DNA of 64,000 nucleotides from Eledone cirrhosa (taxonomy: Eukaryota). Position 1 is the first letter of the stretch; each line of letters starts with the position of its first letter. The notes below the pieces were generated by a model, which saw nothing but the letters and a program-made list of their open reading frames with translations, searched no databases and was not told where the DNA came from. The position numbers and the translations under genes are program-made. Location of the stretch: assembly GCA_964016885.1 (NCBI GenBank), contig OZ024743.1:216070001-216134000 (forward strand). Reading direction: 5' to 3'. Shown piece after piece: positions 15,111 to 26,651 of the stretch.

Positions 15111-16439
15111 AGAGAGGGTCATCCACGGGCATTCGTAGTGTTCCATGTGTGCGTGAGTGTGTTTGTAAGAAGAAACGACATGTGTATTTTTGTTTCATTG
15201 TTCTTTTTGTGAGTGGGATTGCGAAACAACAAAAGTTTGGATGTATTTTATTGCTTTATACAAATCATGTGCAACGCGAAATGTTTTACATTAATTGTTC
15301 TGAGTTTTTGTTTAATTTGTATTTTTTCTGTATAATATCCCTTGTGCGTCAGATGATAAACGGTGAGATGGACGTGTTTTGTTGAGGTTAATGATATGCA
15401 GTTACATAACTACTATCGATTTGTCAATGAATCGATATTATTATGGTCCATTCCACACTATAGTTGTTATACTATCGATGTTAGTTGATTATCTCTATTG
15501 TATTTTATTACAGTAATCAACGAAATAATCAGGCCTAAGTACATCAACTATGTTGTATTCATCAAAGTAAGGTCTGGTATCCCAAAATCTGGTACCCGTT
15601 AGACTATTTATATGTTAGTTAATATGAAGACAAGTTTCTATAGTTCTATACTTCAGCTTATTACATACCGAATGTTATTCACATTTGACAGGCCCCTCTG
15701 AAATGTACATAATTGGTTTTAATAATCTGAAATACAGGCATATAGACTCGTGTCAACGTATTTACCACTCCATAACCTTCCACTAAATGATCACATTTCC
15801 TTCGGTTCCAGGACTTGCAATTCGTCCAGGTGTAGTATGTTGGAGTCTAAGAATACATTATCCTGGCAGAATTTTAAAAGAATAAGTTTTAAAGAATGAG
15901 TTTTAAAAGAATTGATGAGCACTGGGCTCAGTAAAGCAAGCTCTCTATCCATTCTTTAGATTGGGTTCTAGGTTGGTCGCTTTTGTGTGCCGATGGCTGG
16001 TATGAGATACACAATCTATCAGACAGCTTCGCAACCGGATATATACCGATATCGAATTATCTAACACCGTTTGAATTCATTCAGTCCGCCATCATTGAGT
16101 TCCTTCGATGGAGCTGCAATATTAGAAGGAATTGGTTAATGTGATCTCGTGTCACGAAATGATAGACGGAAATTTGCAATTGATCGATCAGCTAGTTACT
16201 TGTCCCTGTTGTTGGTTTGAGTTGCAATAGCAGAATGTGTTGTTAGCTTTAAGAATATAAAGAAAACATTGTGATCTCCGAACTTCTCGGTTTGTCTGAT
16301 GAATTCCTTCATTTCTACCCCTAACATTATAAGACAATAAGATAAATATATTTGTGTGAATTCAAATAACAGTGGAACAATAACGAAATGTATCTGCAAC
16401 AAAATACACACACACACTCACACCCGTACACACACACCC

Positions 16440-16514
<75 letters not shown>

Positions 16515-16526
16515 TATATATATATA

Positions 16527-16539
16527 TATCCCCGTTCTT

Positions 16540-16585
<46 letters not shown>

Positions 16586-16598
16586 AAGAACGGGGATA
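16527..16598. repeat. 72-bp palindrome: 15-bp unique arms around (TA)n
   Basis: TATCCCCGTTCTTTG-(TA)n-CAAAGAACGGGGATA. Confidence 0.9.
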
Positions 16599-16767
16599 GT
16601 GAGTAAAATATATTTAAAAAAAAAATACTCCTACTAAAAATATTTCCCCCTGCTTCAGGTGTTTATTTACTCTCCCATTGCCACTTTAGCAGTATGGTCA
16701 TGCGATATATATCTCATACTATTTCTCTGCCTCTCAATTTCATCGAACGCATCTCTGTCACGTTTTT

Positions 16768-16799
<32 letters not shown>

Positions 16800-17206
16800 T
16801 CACAGATCATTATTCTCTCCCTTCCCCTGGAATATATGTGTTTGTGCTTGTGAGTGTGTATGTGTTTGAGGAAGCATTTTTTGTTTGTGTGTATAAATGC
16901 ACTGCGTTGTACTTTATTATCCTTATGAAGTGAATCGTTGTAATGAAAAGAGAGACAGTGGTTGTGTGACAGCATTAATAGAATAAGGACACGGAATATA
17001 TAACCAGGAAAGGTGATGAAAGCAGATTAATGATGATGTTTCGCAAAAATGTAAAGCTATACTCAGATTGTATCGAAATCCAGCTATATATTCAATGGAA
17101 TGGCGCTGCGAAAAATACATACGTAGAGGATTTATCGTCACTTCAGTCACCATTTATATTCTTTTCTTGAATTGAAGTCTTTGTAGACATTAATTATATA
17201 TATATG

Positions 17207-17307
<101 letters not shown>

Positions 17308-17639
17308 CTTACAAAGCGTTCTATTCGTATTTCATTGAATAGAAGCAAATAATATATAAAGATATTTTCTGCCCTGTTCTTCTTAAATGTATCGTTATTA
17401 TTGTGGTTATAGCTATTGATATTGTTACCGATGATATTGTTTGTTTCATTAGATCTCATTTTATATCATCTTTCTCCTCAGATTATCCTTGAGATGTTTC
17501 AAGTGTATAGTTTGTTGCCGTGTATCTTTTCTTTTCATATTCGCCTCTCAGCCCTTAGAGATAGAATACAAGATGAAGTATAAGAGAGAGGTAATGAAAG
17601 AATAGTGAACGAAAGGGAGGATTGTGCGCCTTGGTTGTT

Positions 17640-18680
17640 TTCATTTTGTTGTTTCTATTCAAATGAGAATATTCTCCGTATTACGTGTGCCGTGTCTAGT
17701 AATACTGATTTCTCTGTACTTTATATATTTGTAAGTCCTGGTGATTTTACTGTGTATCTCTTACAGTGTGTGGGAGATTTTATAAATCTCGGAGCTGCTA
17801 TTATTATATGGATTGTGTCCTGCTTTTAACCTCCACATCAACGTTATATCTGCCATCACATCGTTATGATTGGGTAATTTTTTTTCTGTTTGGCTGATAG
17901 ATAACCTCTCGTCTGTAGGGATTCAGACGTCAATTGGAAAACATTTCTTTTCTTCGTGTTTTATGATTAAAATACTTGGTCGGTAAGCCGTGACCTCCCT
18001 CATTGTGTGTATTGGCATATGATATTGTGTGTATTGGCATATGATAGTAGAGCTGTCATCTGATACATTTTCTGGTGTTTGTCTGTTTTTACTTTCGATA
18101 TTACAATGTTTGTCATAACCAATAGTACATGTAAATCCCCAAACTAATATGACTGAAAATATAGGCTTTCTGGTTTCGTTTGAGGAGACAGAAGCAATAT
18201 ATTCTACAGTTACGTACTGTGTTCTACATTAATATGTATATTTGATGTATTTGAAGGGTTTGAAGTTTTCCGGCAATTAGGAATCCTCCGATCGCTGCTT
18301 TTTATCAAGGTACGTTTCGCCAGTTTTGTGTATTTTGCTTCTCCATGTCCACCCGTATCAGATTTGTGGGGATATTGGCCATGTAGGGATTATTCTCACC
18401 ATCCTTTTAGCATGGAATTCTAGACGCATGTTTTCCATTTTTATTTTATTTGTCGATTATCTGTCATTTCAGAATATGTTTTGAAATTGTTGGCTTCCTG
18501 GAAGGCAGTTTACAATATTTTGATTTTCGAGGCTAGTAATATTTTTATTATATTTATTTGTTCCCTTCATTCAAATTTGTTTCCGTTCCTTGCAGAGTGT
18601 CTTCTCGGCATCTAGGGCAAAATAATTCACTTGCATACATTGGTAAGCCACACAATAGACGCACAATATTGTTCACATGC
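17640..18680 (-). mobile_element. R4/Dong-like RLE LINE 3' fragment
   Basis: Minus-strand remnants EEKKCF.IDV.IP and EKSVLLDTAR typical of the RLE C-terminus. Confidence 0.55.
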
Positions 18681-19469
18681 CTCACTTGACTAAGTTATAG
18701 CTATATCATTTACTTTACACATATGAACATGATATGTATAAAATCATATTAAAATAGAATGATATTGATCAACATAAGAGTGTTGGATTATTTACAAATT
18801 TCTTGATTATGGAATATCTTTTAATAAATTTCAGTACAAAATAATCAAAAATGATTATTTTCATACAGTGATAGTTCTCTTCTCAATTCGGTTGCAGTAA
18901 TGGTTTAAACACATTTTCGCCATTATTGCAGTGAGAGTAAGATAGGAATTATTCATAAATCCTTTTCTGTTCCATTTGTTAATCTATCCTAGTCATCTGG
19001 TATTTCGATCACCATGAGAGGATACATTTTGTTCAATTCCAATCTATCTGGATAAGTCGGTGGACTTAAGAATACGACTCTCTCTGAGGCAACTCCATGC
19101 CATTCCAGAGTTTCGTGGGACGCCTGATGGAGGGAGCTGTAATGCTTATCGGTGCTATGACTACCGACTATCAATCAGATAACTAGGGCAGGTATCGTTG
19201 GTTTTGACAGTGTTATTTAACCTTTATAAATTATTTGTTCAGTCCTCTCATTCACTTAAAAAGTCACATCATAAAAGTTGATAACTATATATGTTAAAAC
19301 AAAGTGGAGTAGGGCGTGATAGAAAGAAATAATAAACAGTATAAAAGATATGAATTGGTTTTGCATTCAGGATATTAGAATGATATTAAATATTAATTAC
19401 ATTTAAACTTTAAATTGATCAGAATAGATTGTGTGTTGACATATATTACATAGACAAACATTTGCAAAT

Positions 19470-19780
19470 TATGCGGTTGGTACTTGTTAAAACTATCTCT
19501 AGGATTTCTTAGATGCTAGGTTTGCTTGGTAGGTTTTCTAGAAACGTTTTAACACCTTTCCTTATAACACCTAAATCTCCTATCACTACCAGAATAATAT
19601 GTGCTTTAAGGTGTCACATTCTATTTATGTCAATTTCTAGATCTATATATTTAGCATTTTTTCTCATACTCCTTTATGGAAATAGGCAACAGTTTGGTTA
19701 CGATGAAATCAATAATGTACCATAGTATCTTTCAAAAACATCAAAGCACGCAGTGTCCTTAGCAATGTTAACATCATTTT
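19470..19780 (-). mobile_element. R4/Dong-like RLE LINE 3' fragment
   Basis: Minus-strand EKNAKYIDLEIDINRM..VVIGDLGVI. Confidence 0.55.
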
Positions 19781-20153
19781 TTCTATTGTTGGCACAAGGG
19801 CAGAAATTACCCAGTACATTACTGGTACTTTATTCTATCGACCCCGTATGGATGAAAGGCAAAGTTAACTTCGGCGGCATTTGAACTCAGATCATAAAGA
19901 GACGTAACTCTATGCTTCAAAGCATGGTGTCCGACTCTCTACCGATACTGCCAATAAAATAATTGCTTCTACTTTAGGCACAAGGACAGCAATTACCCAG
20001 TACATTACTGGTACTTTATTTTATCGACCCCGTAAGGATGAAAGGCAAAGTCAACCTCGGCGGGATTTGAACTCAGATCGTAAAGGGACTGCCAATAAAA
20101 TAATTGTTTCTACTTTTGGCACAAGGCCAGCAATTACCCAGTGTATTACTGGT
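19780..20153 (-). mobile_element. Three tandem SINE insertions (near-full, 5'-truncated, tail-only)
   Basis: Three SINE 3' tails. TSD ACTGCCAATAAAATAAT at 19947-19963 and 20088-20104; TSD AATAAAATAAT at 20094-20104 and 20155-20165. Confidence 0.85.
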
Positions 20154-20309
20154 AAATAAAATAATGAATTCGAAAATGCTCCTTTGTGCTCACAGTTTCA
20201 GAATGACCAGTGACAAGTAGCAAGGCAGAAAACAAGAAAAATAGTTGTAAAGGAACATATCGACGCTTGCACTGACATTTAAAATGTGTAAACATTATAT
20301 TCTAATTCG

Positions 20310-20695
20310 GGCGGTGGATTGTGAGGAAGTAAGGTATTATGCATGCATGGTTGCGTAACTCTTTTTGAAGTAGTAGGAGCGCCGTAATGGTGGTTGTCAG
20401 ACATATTAAGCCTAATGGAACCCATCGCCCTCTAGGTCTGAAAAGAGCAGATTTCCTCCAGCAAAGATGAAGTGAAAAGTATATATGCAGTAAGAGGCGG
20501 TGGATTGGCAGGGCGGTGGATTGGCAGTATTGGTAGAGGGTCGGACGCCATGCTTTCCAGCATAGTTACGTCCCTTTACGATCTGAGTTCAAATCCCGCC
20601 GAGGTTGACTTTGCCTTTCATCCTTACGGGGTAGATAAAATAAAGTACCAGTAATGCACTGGGTAATTGCTGGCCTTGTGCCTAAATTAGAAACA
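20310..20695 (+). mobile_element. Composite SINE insertion carrying a 172-bp captured segment at its 5' end; 16-bp TSD
   Basis: TSD ATTATATTCTAATTCG at 20294-20309 and 20696-20711. Segment ~20324-20495 is the reverse complement of ~21582-21754. SINE body from ~20511. Confidence 0.9.
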
Positions 20696-23600
20696 ATTAT
20701 ATTCTAATTCGCCTCATAAACATAACAAAAAAAAAAAGGAAAACATCTGCAACTGGCATTTAGGCGTTTCACAGATAATTTATGACAATCGCTGTTTATG
20801 TTAAAGACAATATGTATTCTATACAATATGTTGGTAATGCATTCTACTACTTTTTTATTGTAATGGTTGTATATTTGTGTCATGGTCTCATTTTTCTCCA
20901 GGCTTTGTTCACTCTGTGCAGCGTCATTTTCCCAGTTATCTCGATTTTTTAATCTGTATAATTGTGTCGTCATAACATTCCTTTCAGTAATGTATTGTCC
21001 TCGGTTCGGTTGAAATACATTAAGAGACTTTATTTTCATCTTTATTTAATTTAAATTTCTGTACGAAATTTATTACTGCACTGTATATGTTGTTACTATT
21101 TTCTCATTATATCAATGTATGTTGTGAAACTTAGTACGATATCATAAACTTTATAGGATGAAATGCTGCAATATAATCGATTTGGTTTAAGACAAGCAGC
21201 AAATGTATGTGTTAATTAGTGTGTCTTCAGTTGTAAAATTTTATATTGTGCTTTGTAAATGCGTGTTTTGATTTTATGTTTCTGATGAGAGACATGTTAT
21301 ACTGTTTCACAATAGAAAAGTTTCACAATATCAATTTTTAATTTACGTAGTATTGAAACAGTATTTTCATGTATGGTCGTTTCGAGCAATCAGATTAATG
21401 TGATAAATCGTCATCTCATTTCAAGTTCCGTATAAGTTTTCAGAGGTAGTGAACTATGTTGGATAGAATTTGCTGCGTGATTCATTCTAGATATGTGCTC
21501 TCTTTGTTCATATCCCACGGAGGTTAACCTTTTCAACCTATTGGGGACGAGGGAAAAGTCTCTGGTTAGAAATGGAGACGACTCTTACTGCATATATACT
21601 TTTCACTTCATCTTTGCTGGAGGAAATCTGCTCTTTTCAGACCTGGAGGGCGATGGGTTCCATTAGGCTTAAAATGTCTGACAACCACCATTACGGCGCT
21701 CCTACTACTTCAAAAAGAGTTACGCAACCATGCATGCATAATACCTTACTTCCTGACATATATGTTACCACGTTTATTTATATATTTCTTTACCTTCCAA
21801 AAGAGTTAAATATATTTGAGATTTATATCAGTTTTATGGCTTTAATTACTTTCTGATAAAATTATTTGGGCTAGATTGGAGATGTTTTTTTCTGTTCGGG
21901 GTATCAGTGTCGCTCTTCATTATTATATGTATTAGATTATAAATGGATATTGACTTCGGGTGTTTGAGTGAGTGATGCATAGAATAATTGGCATATGATT
22001 CTGATGTAAATGTTGCAATCTGATTACACAAGGTTTGCTAATTTATTGCACGTATTGTATAGCGAATGTTAAAAAAGAATCAATAAATATCACAGGCCTT
22101 TGAATGGTTACGAAAAAATAAATCTACTTTTGCGCTAGCGTTATGATATGAAATTTTTTGGAAGAGGAATTAAGAAACATGTCCTGCTGTTAAACAGTAG
22201 GGAGCAAAGCATAATATTTTCAACCAAGTATTGTTCATATTAGACAATGCACTAAACAATCCAATTAATTTAATCGATTGCCAATCTATAAGGTTTTATT
22301 TAGCTTGCTATTCAGGTTCCTGGGGTGCTTCTTTTCGGCCAAGTAAAACTGATGGATAACTGTTAAATGACCACCAATGTAACTTATATTCTATGTCCTG
22401 ATCAACCCTCTAAAGGCATATTGAATTCTAATGGGTTAGAGATAAAATGTATTCTACAGAAATGGTGTCATGGTCTTCGTTCTGCTCAAATTCCATTCCA
22501 TAAAACTATTTCACGTCATAAATCTGATGAGAAAATTGAGTCTCTGCTTTCCTATCACAGTACTTGTCTGAGATATATAACTATCTCGCTCATAAATACA
22601 GAAGAGGTCCAATATATCATAGGGATGTCATATAATTATTCTATCTAATTCATACCAAGGCCCATCATGACATCAGTGGAAAAATACTAGCACCATAACA
22701 ACAGTCGAATGAGAGATATGCGGTTAAAATCGTGGGATAGATACCACTTTTATATAATACAATAAATTAGAGTGAAAGAAGGCCACATTTTTGTCAGACA
22801 TATATGATGTAAATATACTCTGTTATCGACGTCATTCATAATATTTATTTCAGTTGTTTAATCAACTCTTCTGATAAGAGGAAATCGAAGATAAAATAAA
22901 ATATGAGGGAAAGATAAAAGACGCTTTTATAAACTTGTTTAACACATATTGTTTCCGCGAGCAATAGAAGATCTTTAAAAGTAATGACAATCTTACTCTT
23001 GTCTGACATTCACATATATTCCTTTAGTATAGGCAATATTAGCGTTATCATCGCGCAGATGTTTAAATAAAGATGTCTAGCATTATACGTAACATCGCGT
23101 TGTGTATTGAGATCTAAACTGCCAAGTGTGGTGTTCATTTGTATAAGATTTAGATGATATTTGTAACAAATTATCCGACAGTAGAGAGGTATACTTTTCT
23201 GTTCATTGCCCTAAATAGTTAAACCATTGAACTGATTTCATAAATGGCACTGGCCCAGTTTCTACATGCCTGATTTCAATAGCATAATTTTGCCCAATAT
23301 TGGATTAAGCGGCCATGCAGAGAGTTCGAATCCAAACCCATCTTGTAGGGAAGACGACATAATCACTCATACGTATCTCTGACCATTTACCGGACTATCA
23401 CTGCACTAATTAATGACTTTTAATGGAATTAAATTGTAAGTAGAAGATTGTTTCACCGATGACCAAAAGGATCAAGAAATGCCGTTATGTTTCTCTGTAC
23501 CTTAAAGTTACTACCCTGTCTTTAAAAAGGTCTATGAGAGTATCGTTTGCTACTATTACTTATCTACGTGGCTGAACGTTGTGTATTAAACAACATTAAG

Positions 23601-23909
23601 TACTGTTAATACTCATAATATAATTTTGTTTTTAAATATATATTCACATAAAGATTTTAATTCGAATGATTTAATTTAAACAAATATATATGATATAACT
23701 TTTGAATCTAGAGCTTTAAAATGTTATAAGCATGGATGAAAATCAAGCACATGATCTAAATAATAAAGATAATTCAACAATCATATACATAGACATAGAA
23801 ATATGTAAATTCATGAAAAACGATATTTATATAGATCTACCGAGAATATAAAATTACGAAAGTGAACAAATTGTATTTTTTAGTTATATTTCATTATTGC
23901 ATTGATATT

Positions 23910-24071
23910 ATCGGTAGATGCTTTGCAGGAAATAGTTACGGCCCTTTATGGTCTGAGTTCAAATCCCGCCGAGGTTAATTTTGACTTTCATCCTTACTGG
24001 GTCGATAAAATAAAGTACCACTAATACACTGGGATAATTGCTGGCTCTGTGCCAAAAGTAGAAACAATTAT
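23910..24071 (+). mobile_element. tRNA-derived SINE copy (5' degraded)
   Basis: GAGTTCAAATCCCGCCGAGG...GTAGAAACAATTATT. Confidence 0.8.
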
Positions 24072-26112
24072 TACAGGAAACCATCTTATCATGCTTCTTT
24101 AAAATGTTAAAGAAACATTTTTCTTTTACCAGGGTGTCATCAAGATCTATTAATCTGCAGAATTTAAGCAAAGAAATGATATCAACGCTGCAAGCTAACG
24201 ATATGATTGATATTACTTCATCTTTATTATGATGAATAATACGTTCTGCAGAGCCTAGAATATAATGCAGACGAGAGAAGAATGTATACTGCTGTTAATC
24301 TCCTGGATTTCAAATATATTTCAGTTAAATAAATTCATAAGATTATAATTATAAATAAATAAAGACTACTATTATAATTGGGATATTTCGCTTAGTTCTG
24401 TCCTATAGCCTTGCGGTTGAGTTCAGGTGTGAACCACATATAAACAATCTGTTTTGTTCTCTCGTCCTATCATTCCAATATCTCGTTGAATGCTACTGAT
24501 CTTTCACATCATATTCTAAGGAAGCCATTTTTAAATAGTTGACTATTGTGGTCAACAAATAGATATATTATGTTTTAATATGTTTTATATTCATATATGT
24601 TAAATATAACGAGAAAATCCCCAAAATAGGAACATATTTTGCTAGGGAAAATGACAGGGGATTCGTTCACAATTGAATAATCACATTTCTTTTGCAGACA
24701 ATTCATTTCATTGAATTCTTACATATGTTTAGGCAGCGTAACATTACACGGTGCAATTGTTTTCATGTTCAGTTAAAATGATTGCTGTGTTCGAATGCAT
24801 ATCTGAGAAATATGAAAATAGAACACTACATTTTTTCTCCCAGAATTAGCATCAGAAACCTTTCATAATATATTATTTATTGAAAGTGACACTAATTCAT
24901 TATACCTCCTAAGCAAAATTTTGTTTTTATATGCATTTGTTTCAATATGACGATAATAGTGTTTAAGAAAATGTATGTTAGAATCTAATCGGAAACAAAT
25001 ATCTAATGCATTTTTTGTCATAATTTTCAGAACAGAAAGACCTAATATGATAAATCTCGCAGAAATAATTGTTTATGCAATATATGCTAGTTTTGTGTGC
25101 GTATCTAATATGGATATACGGGCTTTTAACCTGCGAATCTATATGATTTACGGACGAAAGTTATTAAATATTTCCTTAGTCGTTGCATTAATTTAACGAT
25201 TGGACAAATCTTTTTAGATCGTGTCTTATGAATGGTTCAAGTATACAGAATTGAGACAGTCGGATTGCTCCGTATTTACTATGTTAAGGATAAAATTAAA
25301 ATAAACATAATATTATATTCCAGGGAAAGACGAATACAAATACTAATTCATATACTTCTAATGATCGATCAATTTATTTTTGAAAATAACATTTCTAAAT
25401 TCCCTGTAGAGAAAATTATGCCTGTCACTCAGTATTAAAATTAATAAAAACACATGAATGAATCGCTATGAATTGTGAAGGCGCCTGTTGATGCCCGGTG
25501 ACATCGAGACAGGGAGAAATCACTGGTGCGAACTCAATGTGGAATATTGCTGGCTGAGAGAGGTTTCTGAACCACAACCTTAACAGCATTATTAGTCATG
25601 GGACTTTTATAGATTTTATCTGAAGCAGAATATCAAAAGGGTCATAAAATACCGACAATCATCTGGTCCAATAATCTAAAATAATCAAATATATGAGAAT
25701 ATTTATTCTGATCAATTTAAATCAGATTATCAAATAATCTACGCAATCTAAAATTATAATGATTTTTCTATTTCGTTTCATACATTTATATCTAAAGAAA
25801 TAAATTAAAGCAATCCCGTTTTTAATAATCCTATTAAAATGTTAATATTATCATTTTGCATGTTAGATGTATCCAACATTTTTCATCTGACACACACTTT
25901 AGAGGGCTTTCAAAGTTCATATCCCATGGTGGTCATTTCGTATTTTATTTTTGTGATGTTGATAAAAAAAATCATCAGCCTAGGGCAGTATTAAATTGAT
26001 ACATAGCTGTCAGAACATCAGACGTGACATTTCGTGGTATCGATTCCGGATTTCTGGTTTATGAGTTCAAAGACGCCACATAATCCGACATGGAGTTTCA
26101 GGCGGGAGTGAC

Positions 26113-26619
26113 GTGGCAAACAGTCTGCCACAAAAAAAAACAGAAAAGAAAAAACCCTTAGATTCACCCTCCAAAAGCGAAGGCATACAAAGAGGGGTAA
26201 AGGCAGCAAGGAAACTTGCAGCAACACCACCACAAACACCAACAACACAAACACAACAAGACACACACACCAATCAGCAACAAGAAGAAAACGGCAACAA
26301 AATCACCCCTCCCCCCAAAAAGTACACAGCCATAAACATAGCAAAAAAAGAACTCATCAAATATATAAAGCAGCACACAAAAATCACGGAAAAAAATTAC
26401 TACACCCCACCAACACCAAAAACTCTCCCGACAAACATAAGCATCATCGAAATCTCATTAGAACAATACAAACCTTTAAAACAAAAATTCCCCAACGCAG
26501 TTGGAGACTTCAGAGGGGCGGTTACCAAGAGGATATACACTGACATCCTCTTGGAAACACCCATGACCAGCGAAAGGGACGGTTCTACTGTCCCTTCACC
26601 ACACAAACAAGGTAAGTGA
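26113..26619 (+). pseudogene. Probable ORF1 remnant of the Tx1-like LINE (K/T/P/Q-rich)
   Basis: 168-codon open frame ending 32 nt before the ORF2 ATG; no recognisable domain. Confidence 0.45.
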
Positions 26620-26651
26620 CCCTTTCTCATTTGCCCCGTTTCTCATCCAAC

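Noticed and set aside
20324-21754. 172-bp inverted repeats as TIRs of a 1.4-kb DNA transposon
   Set aside because: The left copy lies inside a SINE's TSDs between SINE head fragments, and no TSD flanks the pair.
21000-26000. Host exons in the repeat-poor stretches (also ~33.4-35.9 kb and 44.2-47.2 kb)
   Set aside because: No recognisable coding motif is present. Short exons cannot be excluded without RNA-seq or homology searches.
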